DNA of 64,000 nt from Alphaproteobacteria bacterium (GCA_965243045.1 CBDETR010000004.1:160308-224307), one strand, 5' to 3'; positions 1-8,857 are shown, numbered from the stretch's first letter. The notes: generated from the sequence alone by a model not told the origin. A program made the numbers and translations.

Positions 1-188
1 CCCGTGAACATAAAAAGATAGCAAGGAACCCCAAACCCCCGCGCATTAATATAGCGCATGGTATCGAACGATAGCGAAAAAATTATATTTATGCGTGAAA
101 AATATAAAAATCTACCCATCATTACCTGTTACATTGATTATCAAGCCATAAAAATATGTCGCTATTTCTTTTAAGGGGAGTTGATCCA

Positions 189-1682
189 ATGCCAGAAACA
201 CAAATATCAGAATTAAATAAATATAAAATGTTTATCGGTGGTGAATGGATAAATGCTGAAAATGATAAATTTTTTGAAAGCGTCAATCCTACAACCAATC
301 AAGCATGGGCGTTAATTCCCGAAGCCAGTGCAAACGATGTTGATAAAGCCGTCAAGGCGGCGCATTATGCGTTTAAGGAAGGCGAGTGGGGGAAATTATT
401 GCCAACACAGCGCGGAGAATATTTACGTAAATTGGCAGATTTATTAGCACAAAATGCTGAAAAATTGGGTGAAATTGAAACAATCGATTCAGGAAAAATG
501 TTCAAGGAAACACGCTGGCAGGCAAAATATATCGCGCAATTTTTTAATTTTTACGCAGGTTGTGCCGATAAAATTAGCGGTGAAACCTTGCCATTAGACC
601 GTTCTGATATGATTGCGATGACAACGCGCGAACCGTTGGGCGTGGTGGCGGCGATTGTACCGTGGAATTCACAATTATTCTTAGTGGCAGTCAAATTAGG
701 CCCAGCACTTGCGGCAGGCAATACGGTGGTATTGAAAGCATCGGAATTTGGTTCGGTTGCCATGCTAGAATTTGCAAAATTGATTGAAGAAGCAGGCTTC
801 CCCAAAGGGGTTGTGAATGTGGTAACAGGGCATGGCGAACCATGTGGTGCCGCGCTGACATCGCATAAATTGGTACGCCGTATCAGCTTCACGGGTGGTC
901 CAAATGCCGCACGCTATGTGTTACAAAATAGTTGCAATAATTTTGCCGAAGTCTCGTTAGAACTGGGCGGAAAATCACCTTTTATTGTGTTTGATGATGC
1001 AAATTTTGAAAGTGCCGTCAATGGTGCTGTGGCAGCAATTTTTGGTGCAACTGGGCAGTCTTGTGTGGCAGGCTCGCGGCTTTATCTGCAAGATACGATT
1101 GCCGATAAATTTCTAGAAAAAATGGTTGGAATTGCTAAAAATATCAAAATTGGTGACCCGATGGCAGAAGAGACTCAAATGGGACCACTGTGTACAGAAG
1201 GGCAGTTAAAGCATATTAAAAATCAAGTTGCTTTAGCCATAGAAGAAGGTGGCAAATTATTATGTGGCGGGAAACAACCTGATTTAGGCGGATTATATTT
1301 TGAACCCACCATCATTGAATGCCCCGATCAAAAACAAACCATTATGGATACCGAATTATTTGGGCCAGTGTTAAGCGTGCATAGATTCAAAACTGAAGAA
1401 GAAGTGATTAAATTGGCAAATGATACCACTCACGGTTTGGCAGCGGGTATTTTCAGCCAAAGTGCCACGCGTTCCTTGCGTGTATCGCGCGCGATTGAAG
1501 CAGGAATTGTGTGGGTGAATACGTATCGCGTTGTATCCCCGATTGTAGAATTTGGTGGCTTTAAGGATTCAGGTTATGGGCGCGAAAGCGGATTCCAAGC
1601 CATGTATGATTATACACGCCCAAAATCAATTTGGATGAGTATTTCTGATGAACCGTTAGGCAATCCGTTTGTGATGCGTTAA
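189..1682 (+). CDS. NAD(P)-dependent aldehyde dehydrogenase (ALDH superfamily)
   Basis: About 500 aa with ALDH signatures (VNPTT near N-term, ELGGKSP, catalytic Cys region FGATGQSCVAGSR). Start moved to the ATG at 189, which is preceded by AAGGGGAG; the ORF track starts at 156. Confidence 0.85.
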   Translation: MPETQISELNKYKMFIGGEWINAENDKFFESVNPTTNQAWALIPEASANDVDKAVKAAHYAFKEGEWGKLLPTQRGEYLRKLADLLAQNAEKLGEIETIDSGKMFKETRWQAKYIAQFFNFYAGCADKISGETLPLDRSDMIAMTTREPLGVVAAIVPWNSQLFLVAVKLGPALAAGNTVVLKASEFGSVAMLEFAKLIEEAGFPKGVVNVVTGHGEPCGAALTSHKLVRRISFTGGPNAARYVLQNSCNNFAEVSLELGGKSPFIVFDDANFESAVNGAVAAIFGATGQSCVAGSRLYLQDTIADKFLEKMVGIAKNIKIGDPMAEETQMGPLCTEGQLKHIKNQVALAIEEGGKLLCGGKQPDLGGLYFEPTIIECPDQKQTIMDTELFGPVLSVHRFKTEEEVIKLANDTTHGLAAGIFSQSATRSLRVSRAIEAGIVWVNTYRVVSPIVEFGGFKDSGYGRESGFQAMYDYTRPKSIWMSISDEPLGNPFVMR

Positions 1683-1712
1683 GGTTTGCTGGCAATTATT
1701 GCCAAAGCGTGA

Positions 1713-1741
1713 TTGACAAAATTCTTAAAACGCAATAAATT
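1713..1741 (+). promoter_or_regulatory. putative sigma70 promoter TTGACA-17nt-TAAATT upstream of second ALDH gene; 7-bp-arm palindrome TGGCAATtATTGCCA at 1690-1704 just upstream
   Basis: Hexamers and spacing read directly from the sequence. The same SD context ttttaaggggag precedes both ALDH start codons. Confidence 0.3.
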
Positions 1742-1790
1742 TAATTTAATTTTATTTCAAGGATTTTATTTTTAAGGGGAGACAGTTATA

Positions 1791-3239
1791 ATGGACTTCA
1801 AAAAATCTCAATTTTTTAAAACTGATTGTTATATTAATGGCGAATGGGTTAAATCTGATAATGGTGCGACCATTCCCGTGCATAGCCCTGCCACAGGCGA
1901 ATTGGTTGCAGAAATTCCATCTTTGAGCAATGCCCAAATTAAACAAGCCATTGATGCCGCAGAAACTGCCTTGCCTGAATGGCGCGCAAAAACAGGCAAA
2001 GAACGCGCGAATCTTATGAGAAAATGGTATCAAATCCTGATGGATAATCAAGAAGAATTGGCACAAATTTTATCGGGCGAAATGGGCAAACCTATTACCG
2101 AAGCACGTGGCGAAATTGCCTATGGTGCCAGCTTCATTGAATGGTTTGCAGAAGAAGCCAAGCGCATTTATGGCGAAACAATTCCCGGTCATATGGCGGA
2201 TAAACGCCTTATGGTTATTCGCCAACCCATTGGCGTTACCGCTGCAATCACACCATGGAATTTTCCCAATGCGATGGTCACGCGCAAATGCGCTCCTGCT
2301 TTGGCGGCGGGCTGTACGATGGTATTGCGTCCTGCGCGCGAAACGCCATTTTCAGCATTCGCCATTGCTCATGCGGCACATTTAGCAGGTATCCCTAAAG
2401 GCGTATTCAGCGTTGTGATGGGTAATTCTGCGGAAGTTGGTTTAGAATTTTGCACCAATCCTATTGTGAAGAAATTATCCTTTACAGGCTCTACAGAAGT
2501 GGGGCGGATATTGTTCAAACAATCGGCAGATAATATTCAAAAATTATCGCTAGAATTGGGTGGCAATGCACCCTTTATCGTGTTTGATGATGCTGATTTG
2601 GATGCGGCTGTGGAAGGTGCGATGCTTTCTAAATTTCGCAATGCGGGGCAAACATGCGTATGCGCCAATCGCTTTTATGTACAAGAAGGCGTGTATGATG
2701 CCTTTGCCGATAAATTAAAAATTCGCACAGAACAATTACATATCGGTGCAGCAGATGATGCAAAAAGTCAGCAAGGTCCGTTGATTAACGCAAATGCGGT
2801 TCTCAAGGTGAAAGACCATATTCAAGATGCTGTTTCCAAAGGTGCAGAGATTATAACTGGCGGGGAATCGCATCAGCAAGGTACAAATTATTTTCACCCT
2901 ACAATCTTAAAACATGTAACGGCAGAAATGAAAATAGCCACCGAAGAAACATTTGGACCTTTGGCACCTTTGTTCAAATTTAAGGATGAAGCGGATGTTA
3001 TTAAACAAGCCAACAATACCATTTTCGGACTGGCAAGCTATTTCTATGCAAAAGATTTAAGCCGTGTATTCCGCGTGGCTGAATCATTAGAATATGGCAT
3101 GGTGGGCGTGAATACGGGTATTATTTCCACTGAAGTGGCACCATTTGGTGGTGTTAAACAATCGGGGTTAGGGCGCGAAGGCTCACGGCACGGCATTGAA
3201 GATTACATGGAATTAAAATATATTTGCATATCAATTTAA
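1791..3239 (+). CDS. gabD: succinate-semialdehyde dehydrogenase-like ALDH (GabD-like)
   Basis: 482 aa. The N-terminus (YINGEWV...SNAQIKQAIDAAETALPEWRAKTGKERANLMRKWYQILMDNQEELAQI) and LELGGNAPFIVFDDADLDAAVEGAMLSKFRNAGQTCVCANR are typical of SSADH/GabD. Confidence 0.75.
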   Translation: MDFKKSQFFKTDCYINGEWVKSDNGATIPVHSPATGELVAEIPSLSNAQIKQAIDAAETALPEWRAKTGKERANLMRKWYQILMDNQEELAQILSGEMGKPITEARGEIAYGASFIEWFAEEAKRIYGETIPGHMADKRLMVIRQPIGVTAAITPWNFPNAMVTRKCAPALAAGCTMVLRPARETPFSAFAIAHAAHLAGIPKGVFSVVMGNSAEVGLEFCTNPIVKKLSFTGSTEVGRILFKQSADNIQKLSLELGGNAPFIVFDDADLDAAVEGAMLSKFRNAGQTCVCANRFYVQEGVYDAFADKLKIRTEQLHIGAADDAKSQQGPLINANAVLKVKDHIQDAVSKGAEIITGGESHQQGTNYFHPTILKHVTAEMKIATEETFGPLAPLFKFKDEADVIKQANNTIFGLASYFYAKDLSRVFRVAESLEYGMVGVNTGIISTEVAPFGGVKQSGLGREGSRHGIEDYMELKYICISI

Positions 3240-3242
3240 AAA

Positions 3243-3316
3243 TCGGAGTGGCAGGATTTGAACCTGCGATCTCTCGGCCCCCAGCCGAACGCTCTACCAA
3301 ACTAAGCCACACTCCG
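3243..3316 (-). tRNA. tRNA-Pro (anticodon GGG)
   Basis: The reverse complement folds as a cloverleaf: acceptor CGGAGTG/CACTCCG with C1-G72 (typical of tRNA-Pro), D arm GCTTAGTTTGGTAGAGC, anticodon stem TTCGG/CCGAG with loop CTGGGGG, T arm GCAGGTTCAAATCCTGC, discriminator A. CCA is not encoded. Confidence 0.85.
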
Positions 3317-3325
3317 CGCATGCCT

Positions 3326-3356
3326 CAATCTATGAAAGCAAACCTTAAATTGCAAG
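3326..3356. repeat. 31-bp perfect direct repeat copy 1 (caatctatgaaagcaaaccttaaattgcaag); contains a promoter-like TTGCAA-17-TAGATT on the minus strand, 10 bp upstream of the tRNA-Pro 5' end
   Basis: An identical 31-mer occurs at 4155-4185. The hexamers were read on the reverse complement. Confidence 0.8.
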
Positions 3357-3385
3357 TAAAAATGACTTCACACTATCAACATGTA

Positions 3386-4117
3386 TCAATTATTTTTTCT
3401 TGCAACAAACATGATGGATACACCAAATGGAAGTCTTAAATATTTGAGTAATATTCTTTCCATCGAGAATATTTTATAAAAAAGGTAACCGAGCAACCTG
3501 TTAGGCATTTTTGCATATTCAACTTTTTTGCCAAGAAGCGTATGAAATGTTCTAAGGGCAAAAATTAACGGAAATAAAAAGAAATCAAAATAACTCTTTT
3601 TTAAGATTGTTAAATTTTCTTGCTGGGCAATCGTAACCAACTCCTTAACCACATATCTTCTTTTATGATGGTTGATAACATCATGATGAGACCATAAAAA
3701 TTGATAGGCTGGCACTGTTAAAATAAAATATCCATTTTTTTTAAGGTATTTTTTTAAGCAACTTATTGTTTCTTCATCTTCTTCTATATGCTCTAGCACA
3801 TCAAACATCGCAATAACATCAAATTCTTCTGCTTTTAATGGTGGCAATTTTTTCGGCAAGTAACAAGATTCCACCTGTATTTTTTTTGTTTCTTTAATAT
3901 ATTTTCTAGCAAATTCATTTGGCTCTAATCCAACAACCTCACCAAATTCAGCCAACATATCTAAATTACCCCCAGTGCCGCAGCCCACTTCCAAGATTTT
4001 AGCATTGTTAGGTAAATTTAGTTTTTGCAACTCAGATTTGATAATTTCTCTTCTTGCCTTATACCACCAATGCGTCTTTTCTACTTCCGCCATCTCTTGA
4101 TAAACATATTCTTCCAT
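3386..4117 (-). CDS. class I SAM-dependent methyltransferase (orphan, AT-rich)
   Basis: 243 aa. Motif I is ILEVGCGTGGNLDMLAEFGEVVGLEPNE; an acidic post-I residue and motif II/III-like region FDVIAMFDVLEHIEE are present. Visibly more AT-rich than flanking genes. Confidence 0.8.
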   Translation of the reverse strand: MEEYVYQEMAEVEKTHWWYKARREIIKSELQKLNLPNNAKILEVGCGTGGNLDMLAEFGEVVGLEPNEFARKYIKETKKIQVESCYLPKKLPPLKAEEFDVIAMFDVLEHIEEDEETISCLKKYLKKNGYFILTVPAYQFLWSHHDVINHHKRRYVVKELVTIAQQENLTILKKSYFDFFLFPLIFALRTFHTLLGKKVEYAKMPNRLLGYLFYKIFSMERILLKYLRLPFGVSIMFVARKNN

Positions 4118-4154
4118 AACAGACCTTAGAATTTGATTAACTAAATAATATCAC

Positions 4155-4185
4155 CAATCTATGAAAGCAAACCTTAAATTGCAAG
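4155..4185. repeat. 31-bp perfect direct repeat copy 2, about 40 bp upstream of the methyltransferase start on the minus strand
   Basis: Identical to 3326-3356. Confidence 0.8.
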
Positions 4186-4256
4186 CAAAAAAAGCTTCCA
4201 AATTAATCATATGTTCTGTATTTTATAACTATCAAAATAGTGAATAGGATAAACGT

Positions 4257-4508
4257 ATGATTGAAATTTACACACGCCCCGGATGTGGGTTTTGCCACCG
4301 CGCCAAACGTCTTTTAGATGGCAAGGAACTCACCTATCAAGAATATAATATTTGGGAAGAAGAAGGGCGTAATGAAGAAATGCTCAAACGTTCCAATGGT
4401 GAGCGTACTGTGCCGCAAGTTTTTATCAATGATAACCATATTGGTGGCTGTGATGATTTGTTTGACTTTGATGCAAATAATGGATTTAAAGCTTTGTTGC
4501 AGGAATAA
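4257..4508 (+). CDS. grxC: glutaredoxin 3
   Basis: 83 aa with CGFC active site (YTRPGCGFCHRAKRLL), TVPQVFI and GGCDDL motifs. Confidence 0.85.
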   Translation: MIEIYTRPGCGFCHRAKRLLDGKELTYQEYNIWEEEGRNEEMLKRSNGERTVPQVFINDNHIGGCDDLFDFDANNGFKALLQE

Positions 4509-5357
4509 ATGATGGATTCATTTAACGTTGCGGTGTTGCAATATTGTGGCACAAAAGATTGGCAAACAAACCTTGATACTGTTAGCCGTTTAATTCATAA
4601 CGCGCAAGCCCATGGTGCTGAATTTATTCTGTTACCCGAATGTGCCAATAATGTTAATCTTGCGGCAAAGGCTGATGATTATTTTTCAGAGCAAGACGAC
4701 CCTTTTTTAACTGCCATGCAAAAGCTTGCACAAAGTTACACGATTATTATTTCAATCGGCTCGTTGATGCTGAAACATGAGAATGGCAAATGTGCCAATC
4801 GTGGTTTTACGATTAATGATGCTGGCAAAATTATCGCGCGTTACGATAAAATTCATTTGTTTGATGTGAATCTCACCGATAGGCAATATCGTGAATCTGA
4901 TAAATTTGCCAGTGGCAACCAAGCTATTATTGCAGAAACCGATAAGGGCAAAATTGGCATGACGATTTGTTATGATTTGCGTTTTGCCAATCTTTATACA
5001 GAGCTTGCCAAAGCAGGCGCGCTTGCGATTACCGTGCCAGCGGCTTTTACTGCCACCACTGGACGCGCCCATTGGGAAGTTTTGTTACGCGCCCGCGCTA
5101 TCGAAAATGGGGTTTATATTTTTGCCGCAGCGCAAGTGGGCACTCATGAAGATGAACGTGAAACATGGGGGCATAGCATGATTGTTGACCCGTGGGGGAA
5201 AATTATTGCGCGTGCTGAAATTGATGAAAAAAGCCGAGATGGTTCTGAATTGGGTGGTTTTACATTGGCAGAAATTAAGCCATCCATCCAAGCACGTGCG
5301 CAAAATACTATTCCACGTCTGACGCAAATCAAAGGGTTTAATCCGCCTTTAAAATAA
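4509..5357 (+). CDS. carbon-nitrogen hydrolase family protein (nitrilase/amidase superfamily)
   Basis: 282 aa with the Glu-Lys-Cys triad context (LLPEC..., KIHLFD, MTICYDLRFANLY). grxC followed by a C-N hydrolase is a conserved pair. Confidence 0.8.
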   Translation: MMDSFNVAVLQYCGTKDWQTNLDTVSRLIHNAQAHGAEFILLPECANNVNLAAKADDYFSEQDDPFLTAMQKLAQSYTIIISIGSLMLKHENGKCANRGFTINDAGKIIARYDKIHLFDVNLTDRQYRESDKFASGNQAIIAETDKGKIGMTICYDLRFANLYTELAKAGALAITVPAAFTATTGRAHWEVLLRARAIENGVYIFAAAQVGTHEDERETWGHSMIVDPWGKIIARAEIDEKSRDGSELGGFTLAEIKPSIQARAQNTIPRLTQIKGFNPPLK

Positions 5358-5372
5358 TATTTGGATAATCTT

Positions 5373-5825
5373 TTACGTACCCGTTGAGCCAAAACCTTCG
5401 ACACCACGCATCGTTACAGGTAGCTCTTCGCATAATTGAAACTCTATTGCCACATAGCGCGCAATCACCATTTGGGCAATCCGCATTTTAGGCTGAATGA
5501 TAAAATCTTGCTTGCCATGGTTAATCAATAAAACTTTAATTTCACCACGATAATCAGCATCAATCGTGCCGGGACTGTTCAAAATCGTAACGCCATACTT
5601 AAAAGCAAGCCCCGAACGCGGGCGGATTTGTGCTTCGCAATCTTGCGGTAAGGCAATCGCAAAACCTGTTGGAATTAAACAATAATCCCCTGCAGGCAGA
5701 ACCATATCATCGTCAATCGCGGCATGTAAATCGAATCCTGCCGCAAATTTACTTGCGCGCAACGGCAATGTTTCACCATGTGGCAAACGCTGAATGGGTA
5801 GTTGCAACTGAGGAAAATCAGGCAT
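5373..5825 (-). CDS. dut: dUTP diphosphatase
   Basis: 150 aa with dUTPase motifs AAGFDLHA, GLAFKYGVTILNSPGTIDADYRGEIKVLLIN, GFGSTG. Confidence 0.9.
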   Translation of the reverse strand: MPDFPQLQLPIQRLPHGETLPLRASKFAAGFDLHAAIDDDMVLPAGDYCLIPTGFAIALPQDCEAQIRPRSGLAFKYGVTILNSPGTIDADYRGEIKVLLINHGKQDFIIQPKMRIAQMVIARYVAIEFQLCEELPVTMRGVEGFGSTGT

Positions 5826-5828
5826 TTT

Positions 5829-6491
5829 TTAAGATTTTAAAGCGGTGACCAGCCCGTCTAACACACTGGTAACATCAGCAATATCCATCATTGCATCGAT
5901 GGTTTTTAAAATTCCTGTTTTTTGATAATAAGGAATAAGCGGCGCAGTTTGCTGATGAAAAATATCCAACCTATCTTTTACCGTCGTTTCATTATCATCG
6001 GCACGGCGATTAAATTCTTGATGCTGGCATGTATCACAACTATTTTCTTGCTTGGGCAAACGGAAAAAATCATTGTAAACTGTGCCACAATTTTTACAGC
6101 TAAACCGTCCCGAAATGCGCTTTACCAAAATTGCATCATCAACCTGCATTTCAATAACACTGTCTAATTTTTTCTGCATTCCTGATAACATTATATCAAG
6201 CCCTTCAGCCTGAGGAACGGTGCGCGGAAAACCATCTAAAATAAAGCCTGATTGGCAATCATCTTGCTTGAGACGCGAACCAATAATTTCTAGCATCACT
6301 GCATCAGGCATTAATTGCCCGGATTTCATAATTTCATCGGCTTGCTTGCCAAGTTGCGAACCGCTTTTCACTTCTGCGCGTAACATATCGCCAGTAGAAA
6401 GTTGCACAAGCTGATATTTTGCCTGTAAAATTTGTGCTTGCGTGCCTTTACCAACGCCGGGGGGACCTAATAATATTAAATTAACACTCAT
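5829..6491 (-). CDS. adk: adenylate kinase (with Cys4 zinc-type lid)
   Basis: 220 aa with P-loop GPPGVGKGTQA, GFILDGFPRT and LID motif CKNCGTVYNDFFRLPKQENSCDTC. Confidence 0.9.
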   Translation of the reverse strand: MSVNLILLGPPGVGKGTQAQILQAKYQLVQLSTGDMLRAEVKSGSQLGKQADEIMKSGQLMPDAVMLEIIGSRLKQDDCQSGFILDGFPRTVPQAEGLDIMLSGMQKKLDSVIEMQVDDAILVKRISGRFSCKNCGTVYNDFFRLPKQENSCDTCQHQEFNRRADDNETTVKDRLDIFHQQTAPLIPYYQKTGILKTIDAMMDIADVTSVLDGLVTALKS

Positions 6492-6492
6492 T

Positions 6493-7833
6493 TTAACGCT
6501 TTTTCTTACCCTTAATTAAACCCGATTTACGCATCAGACTTTCATATTGGTGCGAGATGAGATGACTCTGAATCTGAACCACCGTATCCATAGTTACCGT
6601 CACCACAATCAGCAAAGAGGTGCCACCAAAATAAAATGGCACAGAATATTTTGCAACCAACCATTCGGGTAACAAACAAACAAAGGTTAAATAAATCGCG
6701 CCAACGGTTGTTAAACGCGTGAGCAATTTATCCAAATAAGCGGCACTATTCGCACCGGGGCGAATGCCCGGAATGATGCCACCATTTTTACGCAAATTTT
6801 CTGCCGTTTCTTCAGGGTTAAACACCAAAGCGGTATAGAAAAAAGCAAAGAAAATAATTAAGGCTGCATAGAGCAGTAAAAACGCAGGTTGCCCGCGTCC
6901 TAAATAGGAATTCACCACTGCTAACCAACCTGTTGCCTCGCCACCACTGTTAAAATTGGCAACCGTTAATGGCAATAATAATAAGGAGCTGGCAAAAATG
7001 GGTGGAATCACACCACTGGTATTTAATTTTAACGGCAAATGCGATGATTCCCCACCAAAGACTTTATTGCCACGCTGGCGTTTTGGATATTGAATTGTGA
7101 CTCTTCTTTGCGCGCGTTCTATAAAAACGATGAAAGCAATCACGCCAACAATCATGAGGAAAAGCAAGAAAATAACGATTGTAGAAAGCACACCTGTGCG
7201 TCCTAATTCTAATGTGCCTGCAAGTGCTGATGGTAAATTGGCAACAATGCCCGAAAAGATAATCAATGAAATGCCATTGCCAACACCACGTTGGGTAATT
7301 TGTTCGCCCAGCCACATTAAAAATATCGTGCCGCCAACAATGGTAATCACGGTTGATAATCTGAAAAATAACCCTGGGTCACTCACTACATTGCCAGCAC
7401 CTTCAAGCCCTACCGCAATGCCATAGCCTTGTACTGTTGCCAAAAGAACCGTGCCGTAACGTGTGAACTGGTTGATTTTTTTTCTTCCTGACTCCCCTTC
7501 TTTCTTCCATTGTTCCAAAGTCGGCACAACCGAAGTCATTAATTGCATAATGATTGAAGCGGAAATATAAGGAATAATATTCAATGCAAAAATCGTCATC
7601 CTACCAAGCGCACCACCTGATAGCATGTTAAACATTCCTAGAATGCCTTGTTGCTGATTGGCAAAAATTTCTTGCAACGCAATTGAATTAATACCCGGAA
7701 GCGGGATATACGTTCCTAGCCGATAAATAATAAGCGCGCCAAGGGTAAATAATAATCTTTTCCTAAGATCAGTTGCTTTTCCAATAGCACCAAAACTAAA
7801 ATTTTGTGCTAATTGTTCTGCCGCAGATGCCAT
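6493..7833 (-). CDS. secY: preprotein translocase subunit SecY
   Basis: 446 aa polytopic membrane protein with typical SecY motifs (GINSIALQE..., LNIIPYISASIIMQL). Confidence 0.95.
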   Translation of the reverse strand: MASAAEQLAQNFSFGAIGKATDLRKRLLFTLGALIIYRLGTYIPLPGINSIALQEIFANQQQGILGMFNMLSGGALGRMTIFALNIIPYISASIIMQLMTSVVPTLEQWKKEGESGRKKINQFTRYGTVLLATVQGYGIAVGLEGAGNVVSDPGLFFRLSTVITIVGGTIFLMWLGEQITQRGVGNGISLIIFSGIVANLPSALAGTLELGRTGVLSTIVIFLLFLMIVGVIAFIVFIERAQRRVTIQYPKRQRGNKVFGGESSHLPLKLNTSGVIPPIFASSLLLLPLTVANFNSGGEATGWLAVVNSYLGRGQPAFLLLYAALIIFFAFFYTALVFNPEETAENLRKNGGIIPGIRPGANSAAYLDKLLTRLTTVGAIYLTFVCLLPEWLVAKYSVPFYFGGTSLLIVVTVTMDTVVQIQSHLISHQYESLMRKSGLIKGKKKR

Positions 7834-7853
7834 TTACTATTCCTATCTGACGC

Positions 7854-8675
7854 TTAATCGTCTACTTTTTTGTTGTTGGCTTTTTGGTTGTTGCCTTTGT
7901 TGTCACTGGTTTTGTTGTCGCTGGTTTTTTTGTCACTGGTTTTTTTGTGATTGGCTTTGTTGCTGTTTCTTTTTTCACCGTTTTTACAGTTTCTTTTTTC
8001 AGTTTTTGCCGTCTCAGTTTTTGCCGTCTCAGTTTTTGCCGTCTCAGTTTTTGCCGTCTCAGTTTTTGATAGCGTTTTCTTTGCAGGAGTCGCATCAGCT
8101 GTTTTAACTGCTTCTGTTTTTACTGTTTCTGCTTTAACAGGTGTTGCTGAAGCCGGCTTTGCTTTCTTAACTTTTTTCGTAGTTGCTTCTTTTGTTACTT
8201 TAACAGGCGGGGTGCTTTCTAGCAAAGTCACTTTACCACCGGCTTTTTCAACCAACGCAATCGCAGATTTTGATGCTGCCGTTACCGTAATATTTAGTTT
8301 TGCTTTCAACTCACCTTTTGCAAGTAGGCGCAAATTACCTTCTCGGTTGCTAACCAAACCTGATAATTGCAATTCCTGCCGTGTAATATCTTTACTTAAA
8401 TCAATTCTACCCTCATCACTGGCGGTTTGAATTCTACCTAAATTGATAACAACCCATTTTTTCCGAGAAAGGCTGTTAAATCCACGCTTTGGCAAACGTT
8501 GATAAATAGGCATTTGCCCACCTTCAAAACCTTTGATGGATACGCCAGAACGAGACTTTTGCCCCTTCATTCCGCGCCCAGCAGTTTTACCCTTGCCAGT
8601 ACCTATACCGCGTCCAACCCGCATCGCATCACGAGTTGCACCTTTATTATCACGAATTTCATTCAGCTTCATCAC
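7854..8675 (-). CDS. rplO: 50S ribosomal protein L15 with ~110-aa lysine-rich repetitive C-terminal extension
   Basis: N-terminal ~155 aa is a canonical L15 ([24 protein letters not shown]...). The same ORF continues into the tail [44 protein letters not shown]...(TETAK)x4...(KTSDN)x3...NNKKVDD. Confidence 0.9.
   Translation of the reverse strand: MMKLNEIRDNKGATRDAMRVGRGIGTGKGKTAGRGMKGQKSRSGVSIKGFEGGQMPIYQRLPKRGFNSLSRKKWVVINLGRIQTASDEGRIDLSKDITRQELQLSGLVSNREGNLRLLAKGELKAKLNITVTAASKSAIALVEKAGGKVTLLESTPPVKVTKEATTKKVKKAKPASATPVKAETVKTEAVKTADATPAKKTLSKTETAKTETAKTETAKTETAKTEKRNCKNGEKRNSNKANHKKTSDKKTSDNKTSDNKGNNQKANNKKVDD
8000..8059. repeat. perfect 15-bp tandem repeat x4 (cagtttttgccgtct) encoding the TETAK repeats of the L15 tail
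   Basis: Four identical contiguous units with partial copies on both sides. An imperfect 15-bp periodicity also runs through 7908-7967 (KTSDN repeats). Confidence 0.9.
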
Positions 8676-8857
8676 GAAACCTCTTCTACTTTAATCAGAT
8701 GACTGACCTTATTAATCATACCACGAATTGATGGGGTATCTTCAAGGTCGCGCACGCGATTCATTTTATTTAAACCCAAGCCAATTAATGTTTGTCTTTG
8801 GTCTTTCGTCCGTCTGATTGGGCTTTTAATTTGTGTTACACGAACCTTTTTAGCCAT
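8672..8857 (-). CDS. rpmD: 50S ribosomal protein L30
   Basis: [59 protein letters not shown]. Start chosen at the internal Met of the track ORF to match typical L30 length. Confidence 0.85.
   Translation of the reverse strand: MAKKVRVTQIKSPIRRTKDQRQTLIGLGLNKMNRVRDLEDTPSIRGMINKVSHLIKVEEVS

Noticed and set aside
551-892. Antisense 113-aa ORF inside the first aldehyde dehydrogenase gene; similar antisense ORFs inside nuoM (37571-37999), nuoF (45499-46141), nuoB/nuoC (48186-49370), EF-Tu and EF-G
   Set aside because: They are embedded antisense in highly conserved genes, with no motifs. Their length partly reflects stop-codon depletion opposite GC-richer coding regions. They are treated as noise.
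3224-3439. 71-aa plus-strand ORF overlapping the tRNA-Pro gene
   Set aside because: It spans a well-folded tRNA on the opposite strand and a promoter-like repeat, with no SD and an odd composition. It is spurious.
3326-4185. Classical tRNA-associated genomic island with integrase
   Set aside because: No integrase or recombinase gene is present, and the repeat is not derived from the tRNA 3' end. It is reported instead as a single-gene insertion with a duplicated promoter-like repeat.
8000-8059. Possible CRISPR array (short perfect direct repeats)
   Set aside because: The units are contiguous with no spacers, lie inside a coding frame and are only 15 bp long. This is a coding VNTR, not CRISPR.
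7862-8430. Track ORFs on both strands with striking repeated peptides ([11 protein letters not shown]..., [15 protein letters not shown]..., [15 protein letters not shown]...)
   Set aside because: They are other-frame or antisense readings of the 15-bp tandem repeats inside the rplO tail. The rplO frame is continuous with a bona fide L15 domain, so these are artefacts.
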